From: Paraspadella gotoi
Taxonomy: Eukaryota; Animalia; Chaetognatha
Assembly: GCA_051294375.1 (NCBI GenBank)
Contig: CM119270.1
Coordinates: 16,490,710-16,554,709, forward strand
Direction of reading: 5' to 3'
Length of the DNA stretch: 64,000 nt
The notes under the pieces are model-generated. The model saw only the letters and a list, made by a program, of their open reading frames with translations. It ran no database searches and was not told where the DNA came from. Positions 27,738 through 40,813 of the stretch are shown here, in pieces (the stretch's first letter is position 1; each line of letters begins with the position of its first letter). Made by a program: the position numbers and the translations under genes.

Positions 27738-30725
27738 TCTCTTCTCTCTTCATCTACAGCATTGTTTGTTTTTATTGCTATATCGATAAGGAATCAATAT
27801 GCGCAATCATTGAAATGACATCATCGCATCACTGAATGACTCATCACAGCAGGTGAATACTATACTCGCATCGATTAATTGATTATCATCGATCAATCAT
27901 CCATTCCTATTAATCCTAATTACTTATTCAATCATTAGTATTACTCAATCAATTACTAGTACATCACATTCGTTTCGGTTCATTCGTTTTTTTCCCGGTT
28001 TTTTTCATTTTTTTATGTTGGCTCTGGGCTCGATCTGGTCTTTTAGCTTTTTTTTTTATGTTTCTCCTTCTCTCTCTCTTCTCTCCTCTCCTCGTTCTTC
28101 TTCACATCTCTCTCTCCTTCATCTCTCTCGCTCTTTTTATGCATAGCGACGTCCTCTATGCTTTCGAATTTTTTTAATTGCATCATTTTCAACTTGATTA
28201 TTTTTCACTGCTTCGTCACCTTTATCTAGCTTTTTCACTCATTTCTAACGGCTCACAATTTCATTCTCAATCTTCATGGGTTAAATAATAAAAGATTCAG
28301 TAATGTGACTATATTTTTTCTTTAACTATTTTCACTGGTCGTTTTCACTGAACTTTGTTTATATCAGCTTCGTCAACGTTTTCCTACCACACACAAAATT
28401 CACCATCCCTATCATTTATGATTAAAATTGGGTATTTATTGGTTAAAATAGTAAGATTTTAGTAATTCGACTTATGTTTTCATTTCAAACTTTCCACATC
28501 AACGATTCCATCAATTTTATCCAGGCTTTATCACAACTTTCCTACCCACACACAATTTATTCCAACAACAGCCAATCACGGTTATTGGGTTTTTGCTAAG
28601 ATGGGCGGCCATGGACGATGATTGACTAATTAATTATTTTGATTAATTTTATTTCTATATTGATTAATTACTGTTTTTTTGATTTATTATAATCCTGCAG
28701 ATAATTTTTAAAAGGAAAAAGAAGCATAATCACCATAGTAAACGGTTTTTGTTTTTCCATTTAAATCATTGTCCCACTCAAATTTCATCGAAACTTGTTT
28801 CTGTTCAATCACCCTTTTACCCAATACAAATTCCAGGTTCAATCAGCCCTCCACTCATGAGCATTTGTGTTAATAGTGAATTATTTTTTTTTTTTCATTT
28901 AACTATTTCCTCGACGTTCCATCGAAAACGTAATATCTTCTCTCACCACTTACCTATCAACACAAATTTCATTTAATCCACATCCATCACGAAGTAAGTG
29001 TGTTTTTTGCTAAAGTGGGAGGACGACGGACGGACGGAGGAAGGACGACAGACGCGGACGGACATCATTTTTTGAATAATTATCTAATTCGATTTCTGAC
29101 CCATCGATATAAGTGTGTGCCCGACATATTGAGGCGGCGGACCGACGACGAAAAGTGAGTATAAAGTGAGTTATAGAGTCGGGAGCTGCTGATAAGCAGA
29201 TCCGACTAAACATTGCAAACGAATTACCGCATCTCAAATAAAAAAATTCATGTAATTTTACCCGGATAAATCTCAAATCTACGTCCTCTANNNNNNNNNN
29301 NNNNNNNNNNNNNNNAAAGTAACCAAAGGTCGACCAATGTTATAGATCGAATAGCATAAGAAATACGCTCTTTCAATTTTCTCATAAAAAAGAAATGGCG
29401 AATAATTTGATGTATCATTTGTGTTTCACGTGACAGCGACTCCTCGTCGTCGACCGGTCACTTCTCCCGCCATCGATATTTTCGAACAACATCAAGGGGC
29501 CCATATACTGCAGGTGAGAAGAAATCCTTTCCTTTTGTTTTGATTCGTTGGTTTTGTTTTGTTTTTGTTTTGTTTTCTTTCTTGACGCTTTCAATCTTCA
29601 TTTAAGTTTCAACGACGTTCTGATTTTATGATTTGGGCTCTCTTTTCCCAGAGACTCCCATTTCTGTCCTTTTATCAATGATTTTAATTTTAACGTCAAA
29701 AATTTAATCTAAATATTTTTATAAAGCTATAATCCTAATCTTTAGCCTTAATCCCGATCCCTAACTTAATCCCAAACTCTGATTCTAAATACTTATCCTT
29801 CTTAAACATACAACCTAACCATAATTGCTAACCTAATCCTCAATCTTAATTAATGACTTAATCCTTGACCAAATCTCCAACCGTAACCTCCACCCTAATT
29901 TTTAAAAAAATAAATCAACATAATTTTAAATTAAAAACGAAATTGGACGTTTTGCGAGAATAAGACCAGGATTTGATTTCTAAAATCGCCGATAATGAAC
30001 CAAAGTTACCAAACAAATTAAATTTTAATACCGATGATTGCCTAGCAACATTTTTAAATTTAAGATCATTTAAAATCCTTCCGTAACAAACCTCGGTGGC
30101 AATCAGCTCCCCGCATCCACGCGACTTTCACCGCGCCGTCCCTCTCACTCACCAACCTCTCCCTCACATCGCCGCCTCCGCCGAAGACGTGACTTCATTC
30201 CAACGAACGAGACTCGTTTCCGACGGAGAAATGAAAATCAGACCAAAAAAAAAAAGTCGAGACGCTAATGAAAACAAAGAGAGAAAAAATTAGAAGGGAA
30301 AAGGGAAGAGGAAGGGCGAGTCGATGGAACTAAAGAGGGGAAAAAGGAAAAGGGGGGAAAAAAAAGGAAAAAGTTAACGAACAAGAAAAGAAGCGAAGAA
30401 AAGAAATAAAAGGAAAAGTCTCTTGGAAACAAAATAAGTTGAGAAAAGAAGAGAAGAAAATATGAAAAAAAACAAACGAAAAAAGGAGATTAAGAAAAAT
30501 ATCAAGAAAGAAAAGTCAATGAGAAACAAAAGAAGTTAAAAGAAAGGAAGAGCAAAAAAAGCCAATAAAAAGAAAAAAAAAGATAATGAAGAAAGAGAGA
30601 AAGAGAAAAAAAAAGGTCAACGCCNNNNNNNNNNNNNNNNNNNNNNNNNAATGGAGTAGTTTTTTTTTTAACCGGAAGTGGAGTAGTAGCTCTCCTGAGA
30701 AAATCAGCTTCATACGTCGTCGTTT

Positions 30726-30756
<31 letters not shown>

Positions 30757-31683
30757 TCCACCGCCTCCTTCGCTTTTTAACACATTCACCCCCCCCCCCC
30801 AACTCCTCCCCCCTTTGCCGCACTCCTCTTTAAATCGTCGTTAATTCCGACTCGCCCCGCATTCGCTTCTGGCATCCGATGGAACTTATTCCACCGACGC
30901 CTTGCATCCGTCCCTTCTTCTCATGTCTTTTACTTTCCCGCGCCGCCGCCACAGGCAGCGGCCGCCGCCCATTGCTGCACCCTCGGCTCGGTGACGATAT
31001 TTTGACTTCAACAATAAGCCTTCACTTTTAAGTCTTTTACTCCTTACCCTCACCTTAAAACCACAGCGACGCCGCCATTGCTGCACCCTCGCGCTCGGTG
31101 ACGATATTTTGACTTCAACGAATAAGCCTCACTTTAAGTCTTTTACTCCTTACCTCACCTTAAAACCACAGCGACCATCTTCTCTCTTCTTTTCACCGCG
31201 ACTCGAATTTGTGATCTTCGTGCGCTTCACCTTCGTTTTACTCTACAATTTCACACATCATCGATTCACGTTAGTGAACATTTACTCTTGTCACCCCCAG
31301 CGGCGTCCACCTCAAACCACTCTCCACCACTCCTGACCACCTCCTCTTCCGCCTCCTCTCCCTCTCGAGATCGTCGCTGATTTCCCCGGAGTCAAATCAA
31401 CGCCACGCGTCGTCGTCGTCGTCGNNNNNNNNNNNNNNNNNNNNNNNNNNNNNNNNNNNNNNNNNNNNNNNNNNNNNNNNNNNNNNNNNNNNNNNNNNNN
31501 NNNNNNNNNNNNNNNNNNNNNNNNNNNNNNNNNNNNNNNNNNNNNNNNNNNNNNNNNNNNNNNNNNNNNNNNNNNNNNNNNNNNNNNNNNNNNNNNNNNN
31601 NNNNNNNNNGAGAAAACAAAACATAAAAGCGCCGGCGTCGAAAAGGTTTTTGTCTTTTCGAAAAGGAGGCGTTTTCCACAGCG

Positions 31684-31715
<32 letters not shown>

Positions 31716-32787
31716 NNNNNNNNNNNNNNNNNNNNNNNNNNNNNNNNNNNNNNNNNNNNNNNNNNNNAAAAAAAAAGGGAAAAGGAGAAATAAAATGGGA
31801 ATGAGAAAAAGGAGGAGGAAGAGGAGGAGGAAGTTGAAGGTGGTGGAGAAAAAAGGGAAGCAAAGAAAGAGAAAAGTAACATAAAGAAAAAAGAAATAAA
31901 GGTGCAGTCGTCAAAGAAGAGAGAAACAGAGGGGGAAAAGATAAAAATAAAAATAAATTAAGTCGATTTAATGCAAGAATCTTTCAAAAAGTCAAGACAG
32001 GAGTACATTATAACTTATAAGTAAAAATAGAATCATGCGGTTACAATACGATTACAATATGATTAAAATAATATTCTTTCATATAGATAAATCATTTTAT
32101 TTCATTTTAAAAATATATGTTTTTCCGATTTTTCTCAAAGTTCTTCTTCATTCTCACGCAAAAAATAAAACAACAAATTCATAGATAAAAATAGAACAGT
32201 AATATCATTGATTATTCTTCAATAAATCTTTAATAAATCTAAATCTTTCACAAATCTTCTTTTCTTTCCTCATTTTTTCCTCCGACTCCAAAGTCTTTGG
32301 ACGGATTCGCTTTCGCTCTGGCCAACGATGGTCGATTCCTTTACGTCTCCGAAACAGTCTCCATCTACCTCGGTCTCTCCCAGGTAAGTGACGAGGTGAG
32401 GCAAACCCCTAATGGTCCCCACAAACACCCACAAACCTCCTCTACCCCAAAGGTGGAGATGACCGGCAGCAGCATCTTCGACTACATCCACCATCAAGAC
32501 CAACTCGAAGTCGCCGATCAACTCGGCATCTCGATGCCGCAGACTCGACCCAACAGCGGAGCCACCGGCGGCGCCTCTCCTTCCGAAGACGGCGCCGCCA
32601 CGCCCACTTCCGGCGGCGGCGAGCGGTCGTCGTCTTCGTCGACGACGACGACGATGAGCACGACGAAGTCGAAGACGTGGAGAGATGTTCTGTTAAGGAT
32701 GAAGTCGACGCTGACCAAACGGGAGTCCACGTCAAGGTCGTCCGGTTACAGGGTGAGTAAAGATAGATTAGGAGTCGGATAGAGTAG

Positions 32788-32836
<49 letters not shown>

Positions 32837-34032
32837 TGATAGATAGATATGAATAGATAGATAGATAGATAGATAGATAGAAAGAAAAGAAAGCAAAGAA
32901 AGAAAGAAGACTAAGAAAGAAAAGAAAGAAGAAAGAAAAAGAAAAAATCGAAATAATAGAAACGGTCCCGTATCTAATCCCCCGCCCCTCTACCCGATCT
33001 CCACCCTTACCCTCTACCCCCCAACCCTACCCCGGCCCGCCCCCCAAAGGTCGTTCAAGTTCTCGGACATCTTCCGACCTCAATTCGCTTTCCCAGTCAC
33101 CGCAAAACACCCCCCTCCCTCATTGCGGCCTCGTCGCCATCGCCGTCGCCCTCCCGCCTCCCTCCATCAATGAGATCAGGATAGAGGGCGACATGTTCGT
33201 CACGAGGCTGGGGATGGACTTCAACATCACTTACTGCGAAGCCAGGTGAGAAGGTTTGATGGGGATGGAGTACAACATCGCTTACTGCAAGGCCATTTGA
33301 GAAGGTTTGTTGGGGTTGGAGTTCACGCTATTACTTACTGCGAGGTCAGGTGAAAAAAGATAGGGAAATTTCTCATACAATGACAAAGAAGTGCTTGACC
33401 ATTGCTTGCTCCGAGGTCTATAGTAAGAATTGTTTTTAACTTTTAAGGAAAGCTTGAATCTGTCAGTTGGCTATACTAGGCTATACTAGAAAGTTTGAAC
33501 GTTGAAAGGTTTATGTATTTTTTCATCACTGACCTAAAAAAAAAAAAACATTATTTTATTGTTATTTTCCAATTTCTTCTAGAGTCTCGGAGTTGTCCGA
33601 TTACCACAGCGATCAATTGGTCGGAAAAAGTTTTTATTCACTGTGCCACGCCGAGGATCTCCAGAAATTGAAACAAGCGCACGCTGATCGTGAGTGATAA
33701 ATATTTACACAAAGTTCTAATCTACTATTTTAATTAAAAATCAATTAAGTTAAATGCGCGTAATATTTAATTATGTTTTTATATTTTATAAATGCTTTTT
33801 TTTTCTCCGACAGTGATAAACAAAGGCCAAGTGATGACGGACTACTTTCGTCTGATGAACCAGAGCGGCGGCTTCCTGTGGGTCCAGTCCATAGCTACAT
33901 GCATCATCAACAGCAAAAATGCGGAAGAACTCAGCATCATTTGTGTTAACCATGTGTTAAGGTGGGTCACTCCTGTCAGTGTCAAAGTATCAGTCTGCGA
34001 TTGACTTTTGCTGACATAAATGGCAAACCATT

Positions 34033-34110
<78 letters not shown>

Positions 34111-34268
34111 CTCTCCTCTCTCTTCCAGTGGAGTGGAGCACAGAGGCGTCGTGATGGACGTGAATCAGATGAATCCTTCGCCCTCTGAAGGAGTCAGGTC
34201 TTTGACGCGGGCATCGGTGGATCCTAAAGACGACACCGATTCCGAATCGGGAGGTAATTGATTGATTC

Positions 34269-34314
<46 letters not shown>

Positions 34315-35485
34315 CGATTGATTGATTGATTGATTGATTGATCGATTGATTGATTGATTGTTTGATTGATAGATAGATAGATAGATTGATCGATTGATCG
34401 ATTGATCGATTGATCGATTGATAGATTGATAGATTGATTGATTAATTGATTAATTGATTGATTGATTTTATTTTATTTCTTTATTGTTTGAATGATAGAT
34501 AAACTGATCGATTAATTAATTTCCCTATAAATCAATAAATTCATTGATAGATTGAACCAATTATTTTTAACTCTATTATTTGTTTGGACTTTGTGATATA
34601 ACATGTTTAAATGAGTTTGATTCGATTGGTCATTGGATCGATTGATTGATCGATTGATTTTCCCCCCAGGCGACCCCCGCCACAACCTTTGCTCGCCCAG
34701 CGTCGACGCTGACCGCGGCGTCGCCGCGTCGGTGCGGACGAGATCGACTCGGGGATTTGGCGGCGGCGGCGACGGCGGCGGCGGCAGATGCAAGCGGGGA
34801 TATCAGGGTGAGTTCGGCGGCTTTCGAGGGTCTGCTGGGTTATTGATTGATTGATTGATTGATTGATTTATTGATTTGTTTATTTATTTATTTATTATTC
34901 ATTTTTTATTTATTTATTATGTATTTATTTATTATTATTGATTTATTTATACATCTATTGTTACATAATACATTTATTGTTACATAAAATTCAGCTCCTT
35001 GTATTTTGATGCTAGTGCGGAGTACAATATAGTATTCCCCGATCTAATACTTAAGGGAGTGGTCTTTTCATACAATTGAAACATTCTTTGAAATATTATA
35101 CCTCTTCATTGATAGGGAAGCCAGGTTCACTGGGAGTGAATAAATAAGACTGTGAGAGAGTCTTGATTGAAAGCTTGCAGAAACCTGCTATGTTATTATC
35201 TTGTAAGTGTGATGGAGGCCTTAAACCACCAAAGCCTGTCCAAAGTCAGGGACAAGATAGCTTATTTATTAAATGAATGGATAATTTTTATATTGGTTGT
35301 ACCAATTTCATAATATAATATTTCTTTCTTTCTTTCTCTTCTTTTCATTTTTTATTTTCAATTTTTTTTTTATGTATTTTCTTTGTTTCACATAAATCTA
35401 CGTACTTATTTATATTAATTAATTTTCATCTCTCTTTTTTCCCTCTCAGATCAAAACCAAAAAACTTTGAAAAAAGTTGATGACA

Positions 35486-35516
<31 letters not shown>

Positions 35517-38045
35517 CGAAATTCTCGAGGAACGGATGATTCGCCCGAGGAAAGAGAGGAAAGTGGAGGAAGAAAAAGAGGAAAGGAAAGAAAGGGAGGA
35601 AAGAAAAGACGACAACGACGAAATCATGATCACCAAGGATCTACATAAAACGACCAAATGTGAGAGCATAACAGGTTTTTTTTGTTTTTATTTTTTTGTT
35701 TTTTTGTTAAATTTGTTAGCCTCATGAAATGGGTAGGAACCCAATGCGGAAAGAAACGCTTCTTTGATTAGCCTAATATTTACGACGTGATAGTGCGAAA
35801 TTCGATCAAGACAAAATAACAATGACTTTTATTGAACGTAAACCAATGAAGCAATAAAAGCATATCAGTATGAGCAAAAGATGTGGAATTGTGGATAAAA
35901 ATGGCATGAATTTAGCTGAATTTTAAAGAAAAGTATCAGAGAAGAATTAAAAAATCAAAATTCTTTTGTTTTTAGTTGAGTTAAAGCCTCTGGTGACGCG
36001 ACTGACACCTGAAGATCTTTCCATCAAAATTCCTTCGCCGAACAAAAGGGAAACGAATCAGGATTCGGCGCCAACGATTTCCTGCGCCGCCGGTAATATT
36101 AAAATGCGTATTCATTTGTATAGAAGTGAATTGAAATTAGATAATTTGATTTGAACAGTAATTAATGGAATTTCAGTTATAGATTAATCATAAGTCATAA
36201 TTATGTATAGTAATAGTTTAAGCTTTATTCGCTTCTATATCCAGCCTCAGCGACAACGCCTCAAAAAACTTCGTCGTCGTCATCATCGACGTCGTCGTCG
36301 TCGTCGTCGTCGTCAACGTCGTCGTCAACGACTTCCTGGAAAGTCTCTTCCATTTCCGGCGGAGATTTAACGCCGACCGAGAAGCGAATCCAGGCCGCCT
36401 CCTCCGCCAGAGGTCAGTGGAGTCTATTGAAAGAAATTTATGTCGACACGTCGTGCGTGACTAACTGATGGTCAATTAATAAGAGCAATTAGGATTTAAA
36501 GGATTGGGAGTAAAGACTGAGAAAATCATTTCTCAAGTAGAATTTTTTTTAATGCACAATTCATTAAACTTGATTCCAATTACGAAAACAAATTTAGGGG
36601 TTAATACTTATTTAATTATTTTATTTTATTTATTTTATGATTTAATTACTTATTAACGCTTTATGACAAACTGTAGAGTAAATTCAAAACTCTCCAACGC
36701 TTGTCATAAAACGCATAATTTCAACTCGGGATATATTTTATTCCTAAAGAAACAAAATTGAACTCTAAAATATTGAATTAAACTTAACTTCGATTCCATT
36801 TTAGCCACGCGATCCGGTTCCATGAGAGATTTGGAAGCGATGATGAGTCGTCATCTTCCTCGCGCTTCCATCGCTTCCGGCGTCGTCCCCGCCGCTTCCG
36901 ACGCCGTCACGCCCCCTCGCGTCCGCGCAACGCCGTCCCCATCCGGCGCCGGCGAAGCCGAAATCGGCGCGAATCTCTTGGGTGACGCCGGTCTCGATGG
37001 AGACAAAACGCTTTCCGGCGCTATTCAGTGGGTTGGCGGTGTCCCCGGCGTCGCGGGCGGCGTCGGTCGCACCGGCGACGGTGAGGAATTAGCGTCACCA
37101 TCTAGCGAAGACGACGCCGGCGGTGAGGGCGGCGTCCTTACGGCGTCGAGTCTCCTCAGGACCTTTTACGCCAACAGGGAGAGCGTCATCCGAACTCCCG
37201 GCGCCACTTTTGGCGCCGGCGCGTCGGGTCCAGCGTCAGAGGATCAGCAAAAGCAGCAGCAACAGCAGCATCCCGGCGTCGTCACTTCGCCATTTCACGG
37301 AGATCACGACGCCGGAAGTCAAATGCTTACGCCGCCTGGATCTGGTCACGACGCCATGGCGTACTACCCCGCCCCGCCGCCGCCGCCGTCTCACTACGCC
37401 GCCAAAGCCGCGACAACTGACAACAACAACAAATCGGCGCCGGGTCCTCTCGACGAAGACGACGAAGAATTCCGACTTTACGCGATGACGGCGTCGGCGG
37501 CGACCGACGCTTACGCCAACGCCGTTAACCATCACCATCAACACCAACAGCACCAGCAACATCACGGACTTCTCCATCACCAACAACATCATCACGACGC
37601 CGCGGCGCTCTACTCTCTCGACGTCCACATGACGCCGCCTTCCTCCGTGTCGCCGCAGGATAAACATCACTCATTATCGGCGCCGCACACTTACCATCAT
37701 CTCACCCCGGGATCCGAACATCACCTTCATCATCTACATCAGCATCAACAGCAACAACATCAACAACAACAACATCTTCACGGGCAACACCATCACTCTC
37801 CCTTCTCCTCCTACTCCACCTCTTCCCATTATTCTCCCGGCGCCAGCGACGGCGGCGGCGATGGCGCCACTTCGCCAATATACGCCAATCAGTTCGCGCT
37901 GCAGTTCGCGGAGTATCACACAGCCGCCGCTGGCGGGGGATCGGGCGGCGGCGGCGGAGTCGGCGGCGGGATCGAGAGCGTGGAAAATGGCGGGGGTCAT
38001 GAGGGAAATAGATACTCTTTGCCGCAGGATTGGCAAGTGCGATAA
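23662..38045 (+). CDS. trh: Trachealess (NPAS1/3 family) bHLH-PAS transcription factor, multi-exon; 5' exons displaced upstream and one exon missing
   Basis: Phase-consistent GT-AG exons: <23662-23775, 27330-27459, [missing helix-2 exon], 29437-29513, 32294-32383, 32453-32752, 33050-33245, 33583-33689, 33814-33961, 34129-34253, 34670-34807, 35450-35659, 35976-36092, 36245-36412, 36805-38045 (TAA). Translations give [50 protein letters not shown] and RMKSTLTKR, plus Trh-type C-terminal motifs [30 protein letters not shown] and TPPSSVSP. Confidence 0.95.
27330..27459 (+). CDS. trh: trh exon: bHLH basic region, helix 1 and loop
   Basis: cttcag|C ATC CTG GAA CTT CGC AAA GAG AAA TCC CGC ... CTG GAC AAG|gtaagg = [43 protein letters not shown]. 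Confidence 0.97.
28260..29212 (+). mobile_element. Second, noisy copy of the Helentron/DINE-1-like element in a trh intron
   Basis: Shares aagaagcataatca...gtttttccatttaaa, ttcctacc(c)acacacaa subrepeats and the tagagtcgg...atccgactaaa end with 47900-48556. Confidence 0.55.
29437..29513 (+). CDS. trh: trh exon leading into PAS-A
   Basis: gacag|...[25 protein letters not shown]|gtgag, matching the Trh/NPAS3 FEQHxGxHILQ motif. Confidence 0.9.
30964..31175. repeat. ~107-bp local tandem duplication
   Basis: gccgcc(c)attgctgcaccctcg...ccttaaaaccacagcgac occurs twice, differing only by small indels. Confidence 0.8.
32294..32752 (+). CDS. trh: trh PAS-A exons (32294-32383, 32453-32752)
   Basis: [30 protein letters not shown] | [25 protein letters not shown]...[14 protein letters not shown]; small indels near 32660-32740 look like read errors. 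Confidence 0.95.
33050..34253 (+). CDS. trh: trh PAS-B/PAC exons (33050-33245, 33583-33689, 33814-33961, 34129-34253)
   Basis: [40 protein letters not shown] | [35 protein letters not shown] | [50 protein letters not shown] | [14 protein letters not shown]; splice phases match. Confidence 0.95.
33211..33353 (+). repeat. ~51-bp tandem triplication of a trh exon 3' end and donor
   Basis: gggatggacttcaacatcacttactgcgaagccag|gtgagaaggtttg repeated with divergence at 33262 and 33312. Confidence 0.8.
35203..35311 (+). repeat. Short dispersed repeat (also ~61395-61518, partial at 25487-25630)
   Basis: Shared gtgatggagg.cttaaaccacca.agcctgtccaaagtcaggg.caagatagcttattta...tattggttgtaccaatttca. Confidence 0.75.
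36805..38045 (+). CDS. trh: trh terminal coding exon (His/Gln/Gly-rich C-terminus)
   Basis: Acceptor ttttag at 36799-36804; long GC-rich ORF 36822-38045 with Trh C-terminal motifs. Confidence 0.93.
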
Positions 38046-39193
38046 AATCTCTTCGTCTCTTTTCTTTCTCCTTCGATCTCCCCTCGTTTGCCGTCCCTTC
38101 CCCCCCTATTTTTTTTCGTTAAATGTGTAAATGTTTCTCTGAAATTGTTTTTTTTATATGTTTTTTGACGTTTTTTTTTATTGTTTTACGCCTAAATTAC
38201 AACTGAGCTGTTGAGCTTATAATGTCCTTCACGAGAGGAGAAATTATTTTTAAAACGATTGTTCTTTTTAATTAGGGTGACTCAAAATTTAGTGTTTCTT
38301 TTTAAATCTTAAAAACATGAACATTCAGTATTTGGATCCAACCTGTATGCTGACAATTTATTGAAAACCTTTCTCGAAAATTATTTGTCATACCTCATGA
38401 TTCTAGTCTTAAAATTATTGTAGGTGGGTACAACTCCCATCAAAAAATTGCCCTCGTCGTCTTTGTCTTTGGGTATTTTATGTAAATTATATTTCGTCAT
38501 TGAATTAGCATTTGTAATTGTCCAATGTTTTTTCCCCCTTTTTAAAAAAATGATCTCCGAATACTTTTTCTTTGTGTCTCTGTAGCAATTGTGTGATCGC
38601 AAATGTTAAAACGATATCACATTCAATAATTGTATCTCATTGTTACAGTACCTTCGTACTACTCACGTAACTTCTTTTCCCTATTTAAAAAAAAAAAGCA
38701 AATGTATTTATTTTTCCTTTTTTTCCAATTAAAAAGACAAATTATTTAATTGTTGTTTGATTATAAGATTATTTAAGTTCTTTTAGACAGACGAATTCAT
38801 TTATTTATTTATCTATTTAATGTTTATTAAAATTTTTTCACTTTATTTTTCCCGTTAATAAAAAAAAACATGAATTTTTTAAAATAAACAATTTTAATTT
38901 TGAATGTTTCGTTTTTTAAGGTGTTTGACTCAAATCTTAAAATTTTTTTAAATTAAATTTAGTATTAAAGCATTTAATTTTACGAGGTGAGTTGTGAAAG
39001 AGGAGATAAAGGAGGAAAAGTAGGAAAGAAAAGACGACAAACAACGATATCGTGGCTAACATAATACAGAAATGATAAAAATGATAGAAAAAGAACTATA
39101 TTTGGCAATTCGGCGATTTTTTTTAAATAGATGCCAATAGTCCGGTAATTCAATCGGGAACTAATGTAATTTACGCTTTTTGTATCACATATC

Positions 39194-39352
39194 GCGTTAA
39201 TCCTTTCTTTTTCGTTGTTCATAGGTATTAGAGAGAGCAAAGAATTTTGAATTTAACAACGATTTTTTTTAGTAGTTGGACATGTTTCGGCTTGCTTATT
39301 TCAAGCCTTCATCAGCATATGACATTCATAATAAATTTTGTGCAAAAGAAGA

Positions 39353-39389
<37 letters not shown>

Positions 39390-39489
39390 AAAGTTTTCCA
39401 ACAAAGTGGTGAGACAGAATAGTGGTCAGATGTGAGGACAGGTTGAAGGTGAGGACAGATTGAGTGAGTTGTGAAAAAAAGTGAAACTT

Positions 39490-39540
<51 letters not shown>

Positions 39541-39856
39541 GAGAGAGAGAAACAAAAACAACAGAGATAAATAAATAATAAAGATACATTTTTGCAATGT
39601 ACAACAAAGATAAAGGAGTTTGAAAACTAACATTGGAAGAAATTTAACATTTAACTAGTGAATAAATAAGTAATAGCTAAGGGATAGTTAAGTGAAAATG
39701 AAATATGAAAGAAAGTAGTTTTTAGTTTTAGTTGATTTTGCACAAATTTATATATTGAATGTCATATGCTGATGAAGGCTTGAAATAAGCAAGCCGAAAC
39801 ATGTCCAACTACTAATAAAAAATCGTTGTTAAATTCAAAATTCTTTGCTCTCTCTA
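39194..39856. mobile_element. Palindromic hammerhead-bearing insertion (Penelope pLTR/retrozyme-like), copy 1
   Basis: Inverted arms 39229-39347 and 39736-39856; 12-bp direct repeat GTATCACATATC at 39182-39193 and 39857-39868; hammerhead core in both arms. Confidence 0.8.
39769..39805 (+). ncRNA. Minimal type I hammerhead ribozyme core (mirror copy 39279-39315, minus)
   Basis: CUGAUGA-A-GGCUUG/aaauaag/CAAGCC-GAAA-CAUGUC; stem III reduced to the palindrome ACAUGU; stem I only ~2 bp. Confidence 0.65.
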
Positions 39857-40050
39857 GTATCACATATCATATTTTAAAGCTTTTGCAATATTTTTTAAAA
39901 AATGAGTTGCAGATAAAATGTAATAAGGAAAAAGAAAAAGCTTTCCGATAAGAATGCTGTACTTGACGTATTTGGTAATTCGTTTGAAGTGTCAAATAGA
40001 TAGATATAGACATAGATTACATAGAAGATAGATTAGATAGATTAAATAGA

Positions 40051-40813
40051 TACAGGGGTGGGACCATATATCGAGACAAAATTTAAAAAATCATTACTCT
40101 TAAACTTTTAATGATTTTTAAAATCTGAATAAATATTTGTATAATACTCTTTCTTAGCTTTTAGACGATATATTAATCGTTTTGAAATTCTTTAATATAA
40201 AGCTTTTTTTGATGCAGCAAAGGCAACTGCTCGATTTTCTCCTCGCGGTTTGGAATAAAAATGTTTGAAAATTTATTGTTTAATCTCATTCTAAGACCTA
40301 ACAGTTAAAATATTTTTTGGAAATACTCATTTATAGTATAATAATGCTTCTGGGAAGATGTACATTACATTTTGGATTAAAATAATTTGAAGTAAGCAGG
40401 TAAGATTCAGGTAAGTTACTGTTTTGGTTTTATCAAAAAATTTATTAATGATATTGTCAGATAATTAAGTTATTTATGTAAGATTTCTCAATGCAATTTT
40501 CCTAAAATTTTGAAAAAAAAATAAATAAGTTTAATTTGGATAGTGATTAAAAGATTAAAAACAGATCAATTGAACATACGACATAACACAGGCATGTTCA
40601 GAAACGACCACTGAAAAAATATTAACAAGTATGGCTTTTATCATATACAATACAATTCGCGCGAATAAAAACGACTAACTTTTTTGAAAACATCCCGAGC
40701 GCCTTATAGTCGCTTAAAAATGTATTTTGTAAAAAGCCAGAAAAAACTTGTTTAACTCATTTTATTATCGCATCGTTCAGAAAGGGCAGGACGTTAAGTT
40801 TTGTCTCGATATA
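40051..40813. mobile_element. Tc1/mariner-type MITE remnant
   Basis: Starts TA|CAGGGGTG; TATATCGAGACAAAA (40067-40081) is inverted at 40799-40813; right terminus truncated. Confidence 0.45.

Noticed and set aside
29730-29900. Interstitial telomeric repeat (also 50940-51050)
   Set aside because: Only degenerate CCTAAY-like hexamers; no regular TTAGG or TTAGGG array.
30964-31175. Duplicated alternative trh exon
   Set aside because: No convincing splice sites or Trh-like translation; the copies differ by indels and lie between gaps, so probably an overlap artefact.
32660-33140. Frameshifts in trh (and WHAMM/JMY 59733-59860) as pseudogenisation or programmed frameshifting
   Set aside because: They are single-base indels in low-quality or homopolymeric sequence; the flanking protein sequence and splice phases are intact.
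35040-35200. LINE reverse-transcriptase C-terminal remnant on the minus strand
   Set aside because: Only a short [10 protein letters not shown] resemblance; not supportable without a search.
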